Shown: positions 49,093 to 59,138, numbered from the stretch's first letter. The stretch is DNA of 64,000 nucleotides from Vulcanimicrobiota bacterium (GCA_963812135.1 CAWETU010000001.1:832001-896000); one strand, 5' to 3'. The notes: generated from the letters alone by a model not told the origin. Numbers and translations: made by a program.

Positions 49093-49112
49093 CGGTCGAA
49101 TTTATTCGACCG
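49089..49112 (+). repeat. REP family 1 copy spanning two convergent stops
   Basis: GTAGCGGTCGAATTTATTCGACCG; its TAG ends GH125 and the following TCA is the stop of the opposite gene. Confidence 0.85.
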
Positions 49113-50201
49113 TCACGGACGCACACCGGGCGGCAGATCGATAGACGACGGCAGCCCGATGCGCGTGCCCGCCACGCCCGCAGGCCAGGCGCTCGAGCGG
49201 ATCTTGCCGGCCAGCATGTCGTGCCACGCCGAATCCAGCGTTGGCGCCAGCGTCACGATCGAATGCGTGCCGCCAGGCACGATGTAGAGCCCGGTGGGAA
49301 CGCCGACGCTGTTCAAATAGATGGCCGTGTTCTGCGGGTACACCGTCGGAATGCTCTCGTCGGCGGTGCCCGTGATGACGTAGATCGGCGTATGCTGAAA
49401 TGCGTTGCGGACCAGCTCGATCTCGCTCCCCAGAGCGGCGCCGGCGATGGACATCACGGCGGCCCAGCGTGACGGGTTGAGCCGGCCGACCTTGAAGACG
49501 GAGAAGCCGCCCATCGAGTAGCCTGCGAGGTACACGCGTTTGGCGGGCACGTGATAGAGCGCGGCGATCTGATCGGCGACCTGATAGACTTCGTCGTCGG
49601 CGGGCGCGGCATAGTCATAGATGGCTCGCCCATAGGGCGCCACGATGATCGCTCCGCTTTCATCGGCGAACTTTCGAAAATATTGGCTTGAGAGGATCTC
49701 CGCGTCGGTCTGCGGATGTCCATGCAGCAGCACGACCAGTGGTGGCTCGGCGACGAGATGCGAGGGCACGTAGAGCGCAAACGGCGCGAGCATGCCGTCT
49801 CGGCGCGAGACGACGAGCCGTTCGACCAAACCTTGGACGCCCGCAACGGGCGCGGATCTGCCGGCCAGCACTTGGGCGACGAGGCTTGAATCGATATCCG
49901 CCTGCAGGGCGATTCGCGCGCGCCACTCGTCGTTGTTGTAGCCTGGCGGCGGGGTCGCGTCTGACATCCACCCGAGATCGGTGTCTAGGCGCTCCTCGAG
50001 GTCGGCGGCTTGGTCGGCGCCCATCCTGCGCGCGACGGTTTCGTAATTCGCCGAGAGGCGGGTCTGCGCGCTGCTCAGTTCATCGTGGGGCGAGGGCTCG
50101 GCCGCGCTCGGCACCCCCGATACGCCCGCGATTGCGCATGCCGACAATGCAACGGCCGCGATCATCGCGCGCGGCCTCAACGTGCGCCTACGGTGATCCA
50201 T
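49113..50201 (-). CDS. Exported alpha/beta hydrolase (esterase/PHB depolymerase-like)
   Basis: LVVLLHG, GYSMGG, GTADE, GGTH; start uncertain (50165 or 50201). Confidence 0.8.
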   Translation of the reverse strand: MDHRRRTLRPRAMIAAVALSACAIAGVSGVPSAAEPSPHDELSSAQTRLSANYETVARRMGADQAADLEERLDTDLGWMSDATPPPGYNNDEWRARIALQADIDSSLVAQVLAGRSAPVAGVQGLVERLVVSRRDGMLAPFALYVPSHLVAEPPLVVLLHGHPQTDAEILSSQYFRKFADESGAIIVAPYGRAIYDYAAPADDEVYQVADQIAALYHVPAKRVYLAGYSMGGFSVFKVGRLNPSRWAAVMSIAGAALGSEIELVRNAFQHTPIYVITGTADESIPTVYPQNTAIYLNSVGVPTGLYIVPGGTHSIVTLAPTLDSAWHDMLAGKIRSSAWPAGVAGTRIGLPSSIDLPPGVRP

Positions 50202-50284
50202 GGATGTGGATATTCCGGTGTGTCGCACACGACCATGCGGATGGCACGTCTTTGGCACGCGGCGCGTAATCGCGCGAGCGGCTG

Positions 50285-52024
50285 TTACAGACCCGTATAC
50301 ACGGGGCCGCCGCCGCCTTCGGGCGGCACCCAGTCGATGATCTGATACGGATCCATGATGTCGCACGTCTTGCAGTGCACGCAGTTGGCAAAGTTGATGC
50401 GCAACCGCTTGCGCGAATCGGCGAAGCCGTCCTTGGTTATTTGCGGGGCCTCGGTCGCCGCCGGGATCATCTCGTAGACGTTCGCCGGACAGAAGTACTG
50501 GCACGGGTTGCCGAATTCGGTGGCGCAGCGCGTGGCGCAGACATCGGTGTTGGCGACGAGGAGGTGCGTGGGCGAATCCTCTTCGTGCGTGGTGCCGCTG
50601 CGATACACGTCATCCAGCTTTGAGAACGTCAGCTTGTTGTCGTAGACCGGCCGCTCGAAGCCCGGCACGTTGCGCCCGAAATAGTCGACGAGCTTTTCCA
50701 TCCGGGCGTAGCCTTCTTTGCCTTGGAGACGGTCGTGGACGCCGAATCCGCGGCCGCCGGTGACCATGCCGAGCGACACGTTGAACAGTCCGGCAAGGCG
50801 CCCGCCCTCAAAGCCCTGGTGGAAATTGCGCGCGGCATACAGATCGGCGCGGATCCACGAGCTGGCGATGCGCTGCTCGTATGCGGCAAGGGTTGCGGCC
50901 GACGAATCGCCTTTGACGATGGCCTCGAACACGGTTTCGGCGGCGAGCATGCCCGACTTGATCGCGAGGTGGATGCCCTTGAGCTTCATCGGGTTGAGCA
51001 TCCCGGCGCTGTCGCCGACGAGCACGACGCCATCCGCATATGGCCGCGGCATCGCGAACCAGCCGCCCTCGGGGATCGCCTTTGCGCCGTAACGGAACAT
51101 CTGGCCGCCGTCGAGCAGCTTGGCGACGCTGGGATGTTGCTTGAACTTTTGGAATTCGGCGTGCGGCTCGAGCAGCGGATTCTTGTAGTCGAGTCCGACG
51201 ACGAAGCCGACGTCCCAGATGTCGTCGGCCATCGAGTAGATGAAGCCGCCGCCAAAGGTATCGTTGTCGAGCGGCTCGCCCAGCGTATGGATCACCTGGC
51301 CGGCGGGCGTCGAGCCCTTGGGCATCTGCCAGAGCTCTTTGATGCCGATCGAATAGACTTGCGGATGTTTGCCTTGCGTGAGCGCCGGCAGCTTGCGGCC
51401 GAGCTGCTTGGCCAGCGTGCCGCGCGGCCCTTCGCCGAGCACCGTCACTTTGGCGATGAGATCCGGACCGGGCTCGTAATTGCGTTTGGGTTGCCGGTTC
51501 TTATCCAGTCCCTTGTCGCCGATGCGCACGCCGATGACGCGCTCGCCATCGTACAGCAGCTCTTGGCCGGGAAATTCGGGGAACACCTGAACGCCGAGCT
51601 CTTCGGCCTTGCTCGCAAGCCACTTGACGAGCTTGTTGAGGCTTGCGACGTACTTGCCGGAATTGTTCATCATTGGAGGTTGGAACGGCGCCTTGAGGTG
51701 GCCCGTCTTGGTCATGAACCAGAGCGAGTCTGATGTCACGGGTGATTCGACCGGGCATCCGGCCGCGAAAAAATCGCCGAACAGCTCGCGCATGCTGCGC
51801 GGATCCATCACCGCGCCCGAAATGCCGTGATCGCCGATCGCGCGCGCTTTGTCGATGACGAGGATGTTGTCGGCCGAGAGCTCGGGACCGGGCTTGGTGC
51901 CCGCCTTTACCGCGGCGTTATGCTCGGCGTAGAGCTGCGCGAGCCGGATGGCGCCGGCAAGACTCGCCGGCCCAGCGCCGACGAACACCGCATCGAGTTC
52001 GAGAAGATCGCGTTCCTGCGCCAC
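50285..52024 (-). CDS. Electron transfer flavoprotein-ubiquinone oxidoreductase
   Basis: VGAGPA FAD motif, KGIHLAIKSG, FCPANVYE, NCVHCKTCDI. Confidence 0.95.
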   Translation of the reverse strand: MAQERDLLELDAVFVGAGPASLAGAIRLAQLYAEHNAAVKAGTKPGPELSADNILVIDKARAIGDHGISGAVMDPRSMRELFGDFFAAGCPVESPVTSDSLWFMTKTGHLKAPFQPPMMNNSGKYVASLNKLVKWLASKAEELGVQVFPEFPGQELLYDGERVIGVRIGDKGLDKNRQPKRNYEPGPDLIAKVTVLGEGPRGTLAKQLGRKLPALTQGKHPQVYSIGIKELWQMPKGSTPAGQVIHTLGEPLDNDTFGGGFIYSMADDIWDVGFVVGLDYKNPLLEPHAEFQKFKQHPSVAKLLDGGQMFRYGAKAIPEGGWFAMPRPYADGVVLVGDSAGMLNPMKLKGIHLAIKSGMLAAETVFEAIVKGDSSAATLAAYEQRIASSWIRADLYAARNFHQGFEGGRLAGLFNVSLGMVTGGRGFGVHDRLQGKEGYARMEKLVDYFGRNVPGFERPVYDNKLTFSKLDDVYRSGTTHEEDSPTHLLVANTDVCATRCATEFGNPCQYFCPANVYEMIPAATEAPQITKDGFADSRKRLRINFANCVHCKTCDIMDPYQIIDWVPPEGGGGPVYTGL

Positions 52025-52042
52025 AACGCGACGGCGATGTGG

Positions 52043-52936
52043 CTAGAGCAGCGCGCCGGTCGACTTAGCGACCGTCGCCGCGCCGTTGACCGCGTTGACC
52101 AGGTAATCGCCGTCGGGCAATGCCTTGCCCTTGAACGGCATGACGATGCTGATGAACCCCGTGGTCGTGCGCGGCGGAATGGTGAGCGCGATCGAGGCCT
52201 TCACGCCGGGCGCCTTCGGAGGCGCGAGTGTAAAGCCATCGATGTCGACCTTGGTCTCGCTCGCGTTGGTCAGCGCGAAGGTGACTTCGTAATGCAGCCC
52301 GCCGCCGGCGACGTCGACTTTGGACACCTCAACGCCGTCAACGCTCGCGCCGCCTTTGGGATCCTTGACATCAAGCGGAACGAACGGCAGGTCGGTCGGT
52401 GGCAAGTCCGCCGAACCGGTGACGAGCGTCTTGTCTTTGTCGTCAGCGAACGTCATGGTCACGGATTTCACGAAGCCCGCATCTTTTTTCGTCTTGAAGG
52501 CGACGAGCGCGACGTCGGTGGTCGTGCCGGGCGGGATCGTCAACGCCATCTTGGTTTCGCCGATCGCAGCGCCGGCGTCACCGGTGATCGTGAGTTTCGA
52601 GACGGTGATGGCTTTGGCGGTCGGGTTCTTGAGCGCGTACGCGAGCTCTAAGTAACGCGGCGCCTTGGTGGGATCGGATTCTGACCCGTCATACGCGTAC
52701 CGGCCGGACGCGCTCGCGACGCTCAGCGCATCGGTTGCAGCCGGAGCACCGGACGCGCTCGGCGAGGCACCGCTGGCAAGCGGGACCGGCGAAACGTTGG
52801 TGTTCGGGTTCTGACCCACGGGCTGCTGCGGACCCGGAACTGGCGGTGAGCCGAAGCCGGCGTTCTGGCTGCAGGCCGTGAAAAGCGCAGCGGCTGCGCA
52901 CAGCGCCGCCGCGACGGATAAAGCACTCTTGGGCAT
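52043..52936 (-). CDS. Hypothetical lipoprotein with two Ig-like repeats
   Basis: Lipobox FTAC; repeated ALxN..LTIPPxTTT. Confidence 0.7.
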   Translation of the reverse strand: MPKSALSVAAALCAAAALFTACSQNAGFGSPPVPGPQQPVGQNPNTNVSPVPLASGASPSASGAPAATDALSVASASGRYAYDGSESDPTKAPRYLELAYALKNPTAKAITVSKLTITGDAGAAIGETKMALTIPPGTTTDVALVAFKTKKDAGFVKSVTMTFADDKDKTLVTGSADLPPTDLPFVPLDVKDPKGGASVDGVEVSKVDVAGGGLHYEVTFALTNASETKVDIDGFTLAPPKAPGVKASIALTIPPRTTTGFISIVMPFKGKALPDGDYLVNAVNGAATVAKSTGALL

Positions 52937-52989
52937 AGACGCGGCTGATTCGGCACCGCCGCCTGGGGGGCCTCCGGTACGCATGCTTG

Positions 52990-53601
52990 CTAGGGTGCAG
53001 CAGACGCAGGAGCCGGGCCTGAAGCAAGCGGCCAGGGGTTATGGATCTCAAGCCGCCTCATGTCTCGCGGATAGGTCGTCGTATATCGCGCGAGCCAGTC
53101 CTCTGAGAGAACAGCGAGATATTCAAAATTCTCCCACAGGGCAGGGTCGTTATCGACCTCGCGCAAGAATGCGGTCAGATTCGAGAGACGGTTCCACAAC
53201 CCAAGCACCGGCGCGCAAAAGCCCTCGACGAACATATGCTGATCGATGACCCCATTCCGCACGAGCACACCTAATTGCTCGTACGTGTTGGCAACAGTGA
53301 CCACGGCTGTGCGCACTCGCTGATGCGTCGGGTCGATCTTCGGCAGCGTCTCGTTCCGAATTTGCGCTTCCCAATAGCCGCGAAAGGCAGGATCGTCGAG
53401 GGCGCCAGCCAGATCCGTGCGGATCACACTCATCGAGTCGTCGAACGCTTTGCCGTTGATGAGTTCAGCAATGCTGAGAATAGCGTTGATTTGATTGCCG
53501 GCTCGCAAATGCCGCAGCTGGACAAGTGCGGCGATCGCGGTTGCAGCCACGATGACGACCGTGGTGAGCGTTCCGATAGTGCTGAGCAGCTCAAGGGACA
53601 T
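52990..53601 (-). CDS. N-terminally anchored hypothetical protein (DUF4760-like)
   Basis: TM + QLRH, YEQLGVLVRNG, WENFEYL. Confidence 0.6.
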   Translation of the reverse strand: MSLELLSTIGTLTTVVIVAATAIAALVQLRHLRAGNQINAILSIAELINGKAFDDSMSVIRTDLAGALDDPAFRGYWEAQIRNETLPKIDPTHQRVRTAVVTVANTYEQLGVLVRNGVIDQHMFVEGFCAPVLGLWNRLSNLTAFLREVDNDPALWENFEYLAVLSEDWLARYTTTYPRDMRRLEIHNPWPLASGPAPASAAP

Positions 53602-53696
53602 AGCGGCCTCCAACCTCATCCAAGCCGGTCCGACAAGGGCCGGCGTCGGTTACATTTGCGGTTAGAAGTTTGCTCGTCGGAGCGCAGCGCCTCTTG

Positions 53697-53966
53697 TCAG
53701 CCTTCAGGTAGCACTACGTCGTCGAGGTAGCAATACCGCCAATCCTCGCCCGGCTGGAACGATTGGATGATCGGGTGCTGCGTCTTATGGAAGTGTTTGG
53801 TCGCGTGCCTGTTCGGCGAGTCATCGCAGCAGCCGACGTGCCCGCATTCCAAACACAGCCGTAAATGGACCCAGTCGCTGCCGGTCTTCAAGCATTCCTC
53901 GCAGCCTTCTGGCGTCTGCGGCTTGACGTTCTTGATGTGATCGAGATGTGAGCATTCGGCAATCAT
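53697..53966 (-). CDS. UBP-type zinc finger protein
   Basis: CSH, CEECL, WVHLRLCLECGHVGCCDDS..HATKH. Confidence 0.9.
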   Translation of the reverse strand: MIAECSHLDHIKNVKPQTPEGCEECLKTGSDWVHLRLCLECGHVGCCDDSPNRHATKHFHKTQHPIIQSFQPGEDWRYCYLDDVVLPEG

Positions 53967-53990
53967 GGCGTCTCCTCGCAAAGACCCTTC

Positions 53991-54824
53991 CTAGAAGAAC
54001 GGATTGTGCGCACGCTCTTGCCCGATAGTCGACGGCGGCCCGTGACCGGGCAAGACGACCGTGTCATCCGGCAGCGTAAAAATCTTGATTTTGGTGGCCT
54101 CTAGGAGATCGTCGTATCCGAACCGGTCGCCGAAGATGCCGCCGATCGATCCCGCGAAGAGCGTGTCGCCCGTGAAGGCCGAGCTTTGATAGATGAAGCA
54201 GATCGACCCGTCCGTGTGGCCGGGCGTGTGGACGACTTTGATGACGCCATCGCCGAACGGTAGCGAATCGCCGTCGTCGACGTTGACGGCGCCGTTGGCG
54301 AGATCGCCGAGCGCGGGAGCGTCGAGCCGATGCACCGCGATGCGCGCGTCCGGAAATGCTTTGCGCAGATCGGGCACGCCATCGATGTGATCGGCATGCT
54401 TATGCGTGACCAAAATATAGTTGAGCGCCACGGGCGAGCGCTTCAACGTCTGCACGATGTTCGGCACGCTGCCGCCAGGATCGACGAACGCGGCGAGCCG
54501 CTGCTGTTCGAGGATCACGAAATATCCGTTGCTCGGGTGCGGTTTGTTGACTTGATGGCCGATGTGCGGCGGTAGCGGCGTTTCGGCCGGCTTCCAACGC
54601 GCGAAGGCGATGTCGGCGAGCCGCCCCGGATCGAGCCCGAGCGCTTTGGCGAGCGCGCGGGCTTCATCTTCGGTCGGCAGCGCGGCGTCGCGCGCGAACT
54701 GCTCGACGCGTACCGGATCCGCTCCGGCCAAAACGGCGAGCTGCGCGTTGGAGAGATCCTTTGCGCGCGCCGTCTTGCGGACGATGTCGCCGAAAGTGTC
54801 TTCGAGGTCAAGTTTGACGATCAT
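53991..54824 (-). CDS. HTH-fused MBL-fold metallo-hydrolase
   Basis: XRE-like N-terminus; THKHADH, TPGHT, GDTLF, PGHG. Confidence 0.85.
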   Translation of the reverse strand: MIVKLDLEDTFGDIVRKTARAKDLSNAQLAVLAGADPVRVEQFARDAALPTEDEARALAKALGLDPGRLADIAFARWKPAETPLPPHIGHQVNKPHPSNGYFVILEQQRLAAFVDPGGSVPNIVQTLKRSPVALNYILVTHKHADHIDGVPDLRKAFPDARIAVHRLDAPALGDLANGAVNVDDGDSLPFGDGVIKVVHTPGHTDGSICFIYQSSAFTGDTLFAGSIGGIFGDRFGYDDLLEATKIKIFTLPDDTVVLPGHGPPSTIGQERAHNPFF

Positions 54825-54859
54825 GGGCGGCCGCTCTTACGCATGGAGCGGCCGAAGCC

Positions 54860-56425
54860 CTATTCGGCCGGAGCCGCCGGTGTGTGGCCGCTGAGCGGGG
54901 GCGGCTTGAAGAATGGGATGATGAACATCGTCACGATGAGCGCGATCCCAAGGACCAGCGACGCATCTTGGAAGCCGGCGACGAACGCCTGAGTGTAAAG
55001 GCGGCCGTACAGCGCTGCGATGGCCTGCTGGGAGGCGGTCACCGCGTCGGAGCCGCCTCGCGCGATGAAACCCGCGCTGATGGCCGCAAGCTGCGCTTGA
55101 GTCGCGTGCGAGAACACCGTGAGAGACTCACCGAAACGCTCAAAGTGATACCGTTCGCGGTTGACGAGGAACGTCGCCAAAATCGCGATGCCGAACGAAC
55201 CACCTAACGTACGCGTCAGGTTGAAGAGCGACGAGCCGTCAGCTCGCTCGCGCGGTTTGAGGCTCGTCAGCGAGAGCGCGCCGATCGAGGTGAACATGAG
55301 CGGCAACGACGCGCCGCGGATGATCTGAATCCAGGCCAGCTCCGCGTAGCTCGTGTTCAGATCGACGCGGCTTTGGAGATAGAGCGCGCACGCGAAGACC
55401 AACAACCCGAGTCCGATCAGGATCCGGGCGTCGACGAACGCCGACGCGCGCCCGACGAGCGGGAACATCACGAGACTCACGATCGCGGCCGGCAATAGCA
55501 ACAGGCCGATCTGCAGCGCGGTGTAGTGCAATAAGTTGCCGGTGAACAACGGCACGAGGAAGAGCATGCCGAACAGCGCCGCGCCAAGCATCGCGCCAGC
55601 GAACGAACCGAGGGTGAAGTTGCGGTTCTTGAAGATCCGGACGTTGATGAGCGGATGTTCTTCGGTCAGCTCGACATAAAGGAACGCCACGAACGACATC
55701 AGCGACACGAAGCTCATCCAGAAGATGAACGGCGACTGGAACCAGTCATCCTTTTGGCCCTCTTGCAGCACGAGCTGCAGCGTGCCAAGCCACGTCGCGA
55801 CGAAGATCAGCCCCCAGTAGTCGATCGGCGCCGTCGCGCGACCCGCGGTCAGGTCTCGATTCTCGTGGATGAAGAGTAACGTGAAGAAGATCGACAGCGC
55901 CACGAGCGGCACGTTGACGAAGAAGATCCAGGGCCACGAGAGCGTGTCGGTGAGCCAGCCGCCGAGCGTGGGGCCGATCGCGGGACCCAGGGTAGCACCG
56001 ATGCCGTACAGCGCTGACGCCATCGCGAACTCTTGCGGGGGGAACGCTTCGAGCAAAATGGTGAGCGAGACCGGCAGAATCGCGCCGCCGCCGATGCCCT
56101 GCAAAATGCGGAAGAAGATAAGGGAGTTGAGGCTCCAGGACAGTCCGCATAGCAACGACGCGATCACAAAGACGAACTGGCTCATCACGAAGTAGCGGCG
56201 CAAGCCGAAGATGCTCGACAGCCACCCGGTGGTCGGTATGATGATGACGTTGCTGATCAGATAACCGGTGATGACCCAGTCGATCTCATCCACGCCCGCG
56301 CCGAAGGACGACTGCATGTTCGGGATCGCGACGTTGACGATGCTCGCGTCGAGCACCGCGGTCAAAGCCGCCAGCATGACCGGTATCGAGATCAGCCATT
56401 TGTTGCCGATCAGGCGAGAGGGCAT
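54860..56425 (-). CDS. DHA2/EmrB-family efflux MFS subunit
   Basis: LDASIVNVA, WVITGYL, FRILQGIGGG, GPTLGG. Confidence 0.93.
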   Translation of the reverse strand: MPSRLIGNKWLISIPVMLAALTAVLDASIVNVAIPNMQSSFGAGVDEIDWVITGYLISNVIIIPTTGWLSSIFGLRRYFVMSQFVFVIASLLCGLSWSLNSLIFFRILQGIGGGAILPVSLTILLEAFPPQEFAMASALYGIGATLGPAIGPTLGGWLTDTLSWPWIFFVNVPLVALSIFFTLLFIHENRDLTAGRATAPIDYWGLIFVATWLGTLQLVLQEGQKDDWFQSPFIFWMSFVSLMSFVAFLYVELTEEHPLINVRIFKNRNFTLGSFAGAMLGAALFGMLFLVPLFTGNLLHYTALQIGLLLLPAAIVSLVMFPLVGRASAFVDARILIGLGLLVFACALYLQSRVDLNTSYAELAWIQIIRGASLPLMFTSIGALSLTSLKPRERADGSSLFNLTRTLGGSFGIAILATFLVNRERYHFERFGESLTVFSHATQAQLAAISAGFIARGGSDAVTASQQAIAALYGRLYTQAFVAGFQDASLVLGIALIVTMFIIPFFKPPPLSGHTPAAPAE

Positions 56426-56431
56426 GTGAGC

Positions 56432-57658
56432 CTAGTGGTTGCTCGTGTCGATCGTGATTTGCGCGGAGAGGCCCTGTCGCAAGAGATTGTTCGGATCCGA
56501 CTCATGATCGATCTTGATGCGCACGGGCACGCGCTGCACCACCTTGGTGAAATTGCCGGTGGCATTGTCGGGCGGAATCAACGCGAACGTCGATCCGGTC
56601 GCCGGCGCCACGCTCTCGACCGTACCGCGGAACTTCTCGCGCGGGTACGCGTCCACTTTGATGGACACCGGTTGGCCCACGCGCACGTTGGTCAACTGCG
56701 TCTCTTTGAGGTTGGCGGTGATCCAGATGTCCGTCGGATCGACGACCGCCATGAGCGCCTGGCCCGGATTGACGAAGTCGCCGACGTTGACCGAGCGCTT
56801 GCTGACGACGCCGTCGATCGGCGCTCGGATCGTGGCGTACGAGAGCTGCAGCTTCGCCGCATCGAGCGCGGCTTGCGCCGATTTCACTTGCGCCGCGCTG
56901 GTATACGCTTGCGCCTGTTTGATCTGCGTGGTATCGGACTCAGCCTGAGCCTGGATCAGGCCCGCGCTGTTGCCTGCGAGTTGCGCTTCAGCTCGCTGGA
57001 CGCCGGCCTGAGCCTCCTTGACGTTTTGGGCGGCAGAATCGCGCGCAGAGACAGCCGACTGATACGCGCTATACGTCGCGTCGGCTTCGGCTTGGGAGAT
57101 CGCGCCCTGCGCGACCAGCTGGCTCGCGCGCTGCTCGTCTTTGGCCGCCTTGACCAGGTTGGCTTCCGCGGCTTTGAGTTGCGCTTGCGCCGACATCAAC
57201 GCCGCTTGCGCGCTCGTGACGCCGCTTTCGCCTTGCCCGATGCCGGCATTGGCTTGCGCGATCTGCGCGGTCGACAGTTGCGCTTGTTGCGGCACGCCGA
57301 TCACTGCAGCCTTGTACGAAGCGACCGCCTGCGCCAACGTCGCGGCGGCCTGGTCGACCGCGGCTTTTAGGTCGCGGGCGTCGAGCTTGACGAGGATGTC
57401 GCCCTTGTGCACGGTCGAATTGTCGTTGACGAAGATATCGGTGACTTGGCCCTTCACCTTGGGAGCGATCGTCGTGATGTTGCCGTCGACCTGCGCGTCA
57501 TCGGTGGACACGTGGCGCGAAGCATAGATAAGATAAGGAATGCCTATGATGAGGATGAGGGCTGCCACGCCGATGATGATCGGGATGACGACTCGTCGCC
57601 GGCTGGGTTTTTGGTCTGGCGCCTCTGCAACCACGGGCCGTTCTTGTGCTGCAATCAT
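56432..57658 (-). CDS. EmrA/HlyD-family membrane fusion protein
   Basis: STDDAQV, ANLKET, PPDNATGNFTKVVQRVPV. Confidence 0.93.
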   Translation of the reverse strand: MIAAQERPVVAEAPDQKPSRRRVVIPIIIGVAALILIIGIPYLIYASRHVSTDDAQVDGNITTIAPKVKGQVTDIFVNDNSTVHKGDILVKLDARDLKAAVDQAAATLAQAVASYKAAVIGVPQQAQLSTAQIAQANAGIGQGESGVTSAQAALMSAQAQLKAAEANLVKAAKDEQRASQLVAQGAISQAEADATYSAYQSAVSARDSAAQNVKEAQAGVQRAEAQLAGNSAGLIQAQAESDTTQIKQAQAYTSAAQVKSAQAALDAAKLQLSYATIRAPIDGVVSKRSVNVGDFVNPGQALMAVVDPTDIWITANLKETQLTNVRVGQPVSIKVDAYPREKFRGTVESVAPATGSTFALIPPDNATGNFTKVVQRVPVRIKIDHESDPNNLLRQGLSAQITIDTSNH

Positions 57659-57669
57659 TGAAGCGTTTT

Positions 57670-58227
57670 CTATTCCGTGAAGGGTCCGATCGGCGTGATC
57701 GGTAGTTCGCGAATGTGCTCACGCAAGCTGTCCAGCCAGGCCACGAGTTTTGTCTTCTGCTCGAGAGAAAGACAGCTGCCGATCCGCTTGACGAGCTCTT
57801 GGTGGCGCGGCGAGAACCACGCTATGAACTTCTTACCCTTTTCGGTGAGCTCGGCGAGCATCATCCGGCGATCGTCGGGATGATCGACGCGCCGCACGAG
57901 GCCGTCCTTGACCAGTCCGTCGATGAGGCCGGTGATGTTGGCGCGCGTGACGACCAAGTATTCGCCTATATCCGAGAGCGGCATACGCTTTTCGGGTTGG
58001 GCATCAAGGGTCATCAAGATGTTAATCCGCCCAGGCGTCATCCGCATATCGCCCGCGGAGGCCTCGAGCATGTTGGTGAGTTCGCTGACGGTCCGCTTCA
58101 GGGTAACAATTAGGTTGACGGTATCGAAGTCGCCGTGCGCCTTGGCGCAGTAGCCTCGCAGGCCTGTGCGGAAGAGCGCCATATCGCTTTCCGGGACGCT
58201 GTCGGTTTGGGTTGGTTCGGTCTTCAT
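57670..58227 (-). CDS. MarR family regulator
   Basis: VTRANITGLIDGL..DDRR..LTEKG. Confidence 0.9.
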   Translation of the reverse strand: MKTEPTQTDSVPESDMALFRTGLRGYCAKAHGDFDTVNLIVTLKRTVSELTNMLEASAGDMRMTPGRINILMTLDAQPEKRMPLSDIGEYLVVTRANITGLIDGLVKDGLVRRVDHPDDRRMMLAELTEKGKKFIAWFSPRHQELVKRIGSCLSLEQKTKLVAWLDSLREHIRELPITPIGPFTE

Positions 58228-58264
58228 GCCAGCCTTTGTTTAGCTCCTAATGGTTAACAGGCTT

Positions 58265-58293
58265 ATTATATGGTCGGGAGGCAATCGTGTCAA
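58265..58293 (-). promoter_or_regulatory. Consensus sigma70 promoter of marR-emrAB
   Basis: Minus strand TTGACA-17 nt-TATAAT, exact consensus. Confidence 0.85.
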
Positions 58294-58329
58294 GATTCGG
58301 CGGTGACGGGGTAGTACTTATACCCCCTT

Positions 58330-58358
58330 CAAAACGCGGCGTTTTTGGGAACACCTTA
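58330..58358. repeat. Inter-gene site copy 1
   Basis: CAAAACGCGGCGTTTTTGGGAACACCTTA. Confidence 0.8.
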
Positions 58359-59072
58359 ATGGAGAGTGATTGTCACGGTCCTGGTCTCTCGACGATTGTA
58401 TAACGTCACCGTATAGCGATCCCCTTGATAGCCGCTCACGAAGTACTTGTAATCCGGTCCATATTGTTTTCGAGCTTGCGCGACGACCCGCTGGTTGTCC
58501 GGCGCATTCGGGTTGAGGAGCACAGCAATCGAGCCGAGAGCCACTGCAGCGATGACGCCGCCGACAACGATACCTAATCGCGGGTTTCTCCAAAATCGCT
58601 TTGCCGGCCCTAATTGGCTGGTGACGAACGCATCGACCGCAGGTGTCGTCAACCTGTTAAAGACCCAGAACGAGGTCGGGATGAGGAGCAGACCTATGAG
58701 GTAGTCGACCGGCTCCCTCTGTATTTGAAGTGCGAGAAAATCAAACGGCATTACGAAAGGCAGCATAAGACATACTATGGTCGAGCCACCGGCAGAAACA
58801 CCAGCGGTATAAGCGACGCTTCGAACGGGCCAAGCAGCGCCGCGATATAAAAAAACTCCAGCTCCGGCGGCCAGTAACTCGACCCCGAATCCTATTCCTT
58901 GGTGTGCTTGGATGGCGCGTATTAGGTTGAGGCCATCTTGAATGATCGCGCCTATACCATAGATTATCAGGACCAAGCCAACCGAGCGAAGTGTTTTCTC
59001 GGCCTCTGCGTTGCCAGCTTCCCAGGCGTCTAGCTCAGGTAGCTCCACGGACATCGAGCGGCCGTTAACCAT
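58356..59072 (-). CDS. Hypothetical multi-pass membrane protein
   Basis: About five hydrophobic segments; atypical codon usage. Confidence 0.65.
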   Translation of the reverse strand: MVNGRSMSVELPELDAWEAGNAEAEKTLRSVGLVLIIYGIGAIIQDGLNLIRAIQAHQGIGFGVELLAAGAGVFLYRGAAWPVRSVAYTAGVSAGGSTIVCLMLPFVMPFDFLALQIQREPVDYLIGLLLIPTSFWVFNRLTTPAVDAFVTSQLGPAKRFWRNPRLGIVVGGVIAAVALGSIAVLLNPNAPDNQRVVAQARKQYGPDYKYFVSGYQGDRYTVTLYNRRETRTVTITLH

Positions 59073-59112
59073 ATATCGACACCCACCCTGTGGGCGAGAC
59101 AGTCAAGCCGTC

Positions 59113-59138
59113 CAAAATGCGGCACTCTTGGGAACACC
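59113..59138. repeat. Inter-gene site copy 2
   Basis: CAAAATGCGGCACTCTTGGGAACACC. Confidence 0.8.

Noticed and set aside
51546..51560. GGGAACACC resembling the cassette site core
   Set aside because: Inside ETF-QO coding sequence (QVFPEF) and lacks the rest of the consensus
52057..52074. CGGTCG-ACTTAG-CGACCG resembling REP family 1
   Set aside because: Shorter, no adjacent GTAG, and explained by codons
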